From contig JAUCBJ010005093.1 in assembly GCA_032718475.1 (NCBI GenBank), positions 1 through 64,000 of the forward strand: a DNA stretch of 64,000 nucleotides. The letters are read 5' to 3'. The number at the start of each line of letters is the position of its first letter. Position 1 is the first letter of the stretch. Below are positions 60,301 through 64,000 of the stretch, piece after piece. Source of the DNA: Nemertoderma westbladi. Taxonomy: Eukaryota > Animalia > Xenacoelomorpha. Below the pieces are notes generated by a model. The model saw nothing but the letters and a program-made list of their open reading frames with translations. It made no database searches and was not told the DNA's origin. The position numbers and the translations under genes are program-made.

Positions 60301-61898
60301 ACTCCGACGCAAGGTGTGCAAAGTGCGGCGCAAAACATCATATCTTGTTGCACACGGAATTCGAACGAAACATCCCGAGTCAGGTAAGTGAGTCCGAACT
60401 ACATGTCCAATTCAGTGATGTGAACGACACTGATCAATCTGAGATGGAAGGATTCTATACGGACGAGTTCTCCGACCAAAACGAATCCTGTTACCTAATA
60501 AACACCACCGCAGTGTATCGAGCACTCGTGTATGAGAAAGACACAGACAGCGACCTTACCTTAACTACTTCCGATCAACAACCATCTTGGAAAGCGCCAA
60601 CTTCCAATATAGGAATCCGAGAATTTCCTGTAGTCCAGTTACGGGTCCACGGACCTCAGAAGAGCTATATAGTGAACGCCCTCCTGGACTCCGGTAGCAC
60701 AGGAACATTCATCGATAGGGAACTAGCCGAAGTCATCTTTGCTGGACAACCCAAGTTCCGAACCAAGCTAAACATGTCAGGGATCATGCAGGTTTGGAAT
60801 TCTACTGTAGCTGCCGACTATTATATAGGTGAGTTGTCCACCCCCCAGGACGAACTAGGAGAACATAGCATCAGGTCAGTGAAAATGGTGGCTATAAAGA
60901 ACTTCGCTACTACTCAAGCAGACCTTTATAATTGGGACGAGGATGAGAGCATCCAACATCTTAACATACCTCGATTCCAGACTGATTATCCTGGAGTGCA
61001 AATACTCATCGGCCAAAACGCGCATGAGGCGCTGGAGACATTAGAGAAACGGCCTGCTCAACCGCAGCCACTACAGACCTATGCGGTAAGAACTAGAGTA
61101 GGTTGGTACCTTACTGGACCTTCCCGTAGAACGCTCAGGGAAAGACTGCTTCAAGATCGCGTCTGCCAGGTGAGTGAATGGGAAGATGATACTAGTGAGG
61201 GAGACGACCCAACTGAGGGAACACCACACTCCTCAGATAATGACAATCTTAGCTCCAATGTAGATCAATGGAGATATTGCCCCAAGAAGTTTAATCCAAC
61301 GGACATCGCTTCCAGAGGAGCAACTCCTCAAGAACTGACAGATACTATAGACCGGTTAGGTGAACCCGACTTCCTGAGTAAGGAGAATGAATGGCCTCCC
61401 CATCTTACTCCGACTGAGATTAGACCAGCCAAGGGAGCGGAGAAAGTCGAACCTGAAACCCGGACGGGTGGATCGGAGTTATTTGAACCCGGGATAGATC
61501 TGTCGGTATTACATGTTGCCAGGGACGACGCCGTGGATCTGGGCCTCCCCTCCGCGAGTGGATCCTTCATGAAGATCAGAGAGAGCGATTGGAGCTCTGG
61601 AACATCAGACGTCTCGCAGGGACTCTCACCTCTCCTGCAGAGAGCGACGGACCACTATAGCTCCTGGAATCGGCTTTGTGACGCCGTCATATACTTTGAG
61701 CGATGTTTCTATCGTCACTATTCCAGGACGAAGAGGAAACCTGGAATTGTATTCAGGATGCAGCGACTCAATCACCCAGTCGGTCGTTTGTGTTTATCGG
61801 AAGGGAATGGAGGACTCTCCGGAAACTGTGGAAGGCAAGATTCTCTTCCCACGACCACCTCCCTAATCCTTCAAACATCTAGGGACTCCATAACGTAA
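57381..61898 (+). CDS. gag: BEL/Pao Gag-protease fused to RNase H tail and integrase tail remnants
   Basis: KFNGD, EKLRYLIECLEG, three knuckles, ALLDSGS, then directly QWRYCP..FNPTDIASRG; no YxDD and no DDE core. Confidence 0.9.
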   Translation: MSDTTQSLSDSLLDSVRMTVRKCLKKISDPDPSIEHPRSKSKSPPAVRRAIPTVLVSDPGLVQHRRSIIGTRARVKRDQEAAEQRQPASQELTSQRPNSSGGSDTVGRTPERGAKMADKVYDERPTYEESTDATSSQEESEVTAEKPHKRDAIDIYLSDYQRFVGDEELRRRLEGLSPNSEGTKLVLDAIDAEMLAANQAKFDEQLRIAREQGEQVKKKRIEDRKTTAVAAAVAAAEAERKAALAMAEAAAETERKVAETERKAALAIAEAAAETERKAALAIAEAVVEAERRASEEATQLELEILQEKQDNFNKQLTASNMQMMSRSTPKRQGYTSSEEGDTTDTEGGRNRSRLSRRKRTFHRQKLPDLPPAVRRQLNNTKIGSTEPTDQMITIERLPTIVDEPEINRPVLEITPSVIDTPVLPEATYKFPLHSTKLPVPRRTAQETVQVLDPERNIPNLSPVVPCLPATTLADPVSAVDGVDERRRGMDILLGEMKENRRLSSQQVRELEGTVQHLKGTVRESKLELQEVQQNSALERDKLVNLQKGIPPPPVTMCQPVRSEVSHAQGVEPTRIYTASEVETPIVNPIKGNYRPVDNDIPYRTDHNPRNLYTDNSILNSTMAQESFTRQMARTEARQAVKVGEIVKFNGDEMKWLPFNEYYKDNIQNSVLSNGEKLRYLIECLEGSPKLMALKFIGHPDGLRQVWDTLNIRYGNRNNIAGYLYAKLVAPRKFISSGIIEFSDEIKEICRQLDWLGKSHEYQSAMVIRAVASALPKGGVGTRWDKKVLYMMEQQRRDPTMADLMSFLDGEVKLQLLRQSRERTLENKVSEKPVSRRRVTPVCYTDDGESQTSQGEDSGKDTDRSYYVNKMPKDQVSKSESRPNDRREPVQKTLPTSPKRIQVRKPEERTSVHHIAQVKVSNIKPKCVLCDGPHRLNACDKFLRKSLKDRREVMWDKRLCYNCLRRGHQRRTCNSDARCAKCGAKHHILLHTEFERNIPSQVSESELHVQFSDVNDTDQSEMEGFYTDEFSDQNESCYLINTTAVYRALVYEKDTDSDLTLTTSDQQPSWKAPTSNIGIREFPVVQLRVHGPQKSYIVNALLDSGSTGTFIDRELAEVIFAGQPKFRTKLNMSGIMQVWNSTVAADYYIGELSTPQDELGEHSIRSVKMVAIKNFATTQADLYNWDEDESIQHLNIPRFQTDYPGVQILIGQNAHEALETLEKRPAQPQPLQTYAVRTRVGWYLTGPSRRTLRERLLQDRVCQVSEWEDDTSEGDDPTEGTPHSSDNDNLSSNVDQWRYCPKKFNPTDIASRGATPQELTDTIDRLGEPDFLSKENEWPPHLTPTEIRPAKGAEKVEPETRTGGSELFEPGIDLSVLHVARDDAVDLGLPSASGSFMKIRESDWSSGTSDVSQGLSPLLQRATDHYSSWNRLCDAVIYFERCFYRHYSRTKRKPGIVFRMQRLNHPVGRLCLSEGNGGLSGNCGRQDSLPTTTSLILQTSRDSIT

Positions 61899-62439
61899 CA
61901 ACATATGGAGTGGGTGTGTGACTCTATTATTTTATATTATTTTATTATTTTTATATTTATGTATGTATTACTATGTAATTCTATTATAATCGTTTTCTTT
62001 AATTTTATTCAGTAGAATGTTATTTTAGCGATTATTTAGTAGATTAGTGCAATATATATTCGCGTTTATTACTTAATTACGTATATATTATATTTAATGC
62101 GACGGCAAGAAATAATTCTTTTCCTTCTTCCTTACTGTCCGTATTACATTACAAATACGTAACTACAGTAAGATGAAATGTCCGTACTTATTAAAGTACA
62201 ATAAAGCCACTACTATATTTAAGTATTATTGGTAGGCAGAGTATTAGGAATGCAAAGTTCAGATCCTCGTGTCTCGGCTAAACCAAGCTCTGGGTAGACC
62301 TTGGAAACGACTTGCCTCTTCACACTGACATTGCTTCGTGCGATATTGCTCTCATACCGTATATTAAATAATACATATAGTAGCGTGATGTCCCTTTAAC
62401 AGTAGCGTATAACGCAAAATAAATCTGTTAAACCCTTTG

Positions 62440-62730
62440 ACCATCTGTAATTCTAGTCGATTAAGATATCGTGGCACCCACCGATATACTTGAAAGACAA
62501 ATTATAGAATCAGTGGTTAACGTCCCCAGACAAGTTCTGGAATAAATTGGTGCCCATCTCAAATATTAATTATTTAATATTTGCAAATCTAATAAATCAA
62601 ATCTGTAAAATTCAGATCCTTCAACAATTCTAGTCAATTAAGATATCGTAGCATTTACCGATATTCTTAAAAAAGACAATTGTCATAGAATTAAGGATCT
62701 TGTGTCCCTAGACATGTTCTAGAATCAAAA
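62440..62730 (+). repeat. Imperfect ~178-bp duplication in the trailer of element C
   Basis: AATTCTAGTC(G/A)ATTAAGATATCGT...ACCGATAT...AAAGACAA twice. Confidence 0.75.
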
Positions 62731-64000
62731 TATGTCCATGTCATGCCTTTTAATGAATTTAATAAATTGCCATTTTTACGCAATTTATAAAGTTCCCAAA
62801 ATTCCATTAATTAATAGATCAAGGGAGCGGAGATTTATCTTATCATGCGTATGAGTGTGTGAAAGTCTCCCAAACATAGTCAATAGCCGATAAAATTCAT
62901 AAAGTCATGTATAAAACAGAACATTGACTATTAAAGAATACTATTAAATAACATCCCAGATCTGTATGCATTGGAATCACCCTAATTCTACCGCTAGCTT
63001 TGCATAATGTCACCATAGCAACAACCACGCTAGAATTAGAATTGAGTTAAAAGAACAATAGAAAGCTTGTCCCATTGAATAGCATAAGGAATAAATAGCG
63101 CACTACTAGTATCCAAGGATACATAATAATACAGTGACATTCTGGAAGGCATTGACTAACGGACAAATGGCCCGAATGTGTGTAATTTGTGACAAGTTGT
63201 GTGTGTGGTATTTGTGAGTTTATAGGTGAATGTTACTGCTAAAGTGTGTTTACAGTAGCTAGTCGCAATCGTAAAAGTAACCTAACTCTCCAAGGAAAAC
63301 CTGAAGTACATCTAAGCCTTTGGGACGGACAGTTGAGTGACTTGTGCCGGTTGTCGTTGTCGTTGTGCGGCTACGTCGTTGGCGAAAGTACAGCGGCGAC
63401 GACACATCGGCGCTGAGGATCTCGTACTGTCCGGGGGTTGATTGGGGTAGGCAGCGACGCTCGCTAGCCTAAATATAAACTCATTATAATATGGATAAAC
63501 TCATATAGCAGATATGGTTGAGTTGATAGAAGATGATCTTGGTATCGGGGAGCGATATACTCTACTTTTACAAGCGTTTGTTGATAGCTTATATACGCAG
63601 CGTAATGGTATGTATATGGGCTTCTTAACTACTGGTCATCCTATCGATTTACACAATACGGACTATGTCGACTATATATCCTGCCCAGCGGAGTCGGAAC
63701 CATAAACTGAAATTCGAATGCGAAAATTCTATTCGAAATCGACTCGAAAGAAAAGACACTAAAGAAACAAATAAACGCGGTAACTCCAACGTATATTTGG
63801 AATTCTTGATAGAAGCATTGTAACAACAAATAAATATCACCCGCGTTTACCCTACCAGACGTGCGTCTTTGGTATTATTACGATAAATGCCCTAGACCCA
63901 ACTAATAAACGGAAAGACATAAACATCCACGTAAACCGAAACTTGTTGACGTATCACCTATGCTCACTCGGCTCGAACGATCCTGGAGTAAACCTACGAT

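Larger units (their letters stand above)
54000..64000 (+). mobile_element. BEL/Pao element C, internally deleted and non-autonomous; boundaries undefined
   Basis: 1505-aa Gag-PR ORF with RNase H and integrase remnants, long repeat-containing leader and trailer; no LTR pair in window. Confidence 0.6.

Overview
Eukaryotic, probably invertebrate, repeat-dense DNA made almost entirely of nested mobile elements; I see no host gene. A decayed Polinton/Maverick (adintovirus-like) element (~12.6-46.6 kb) encodes a RING protein, packaging ATPase, core-like proteins, rve integrase, two penton/minor capsid genes, adenain protease, a Maelstrom-like nuclease and a TBP-like protein. It is interrupted by a TA-flanked Tc1/mariner-type element, a TTAA piggyBac MITE, a large BEL/Pao LTR retrotransposon and a CRE fragment. 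Two more BEL/Pao elements (1-12.6 kb; ~54-64 kb) and a near-intact CR1-type LINE complete the window. Main observations: (1) two divergent BEL/Pao elements both carry, in the env position, a homologous DEDDy-type (WRN/EXD2-like) 3'-5' exonuclease fused to three CCHC zinc knuckles; (2) the element whose 5' LTR is visible has no TGG tRNA primer-binding site, and its PBS position is instead complementary to a segment of its own LTR, resembling Tf1-style self-priming; (3) the third BEL keeps one open Gag-protease ORF through two apparent in-frame deletions. All family assignments are by-eye motif recognition; no searches were run.
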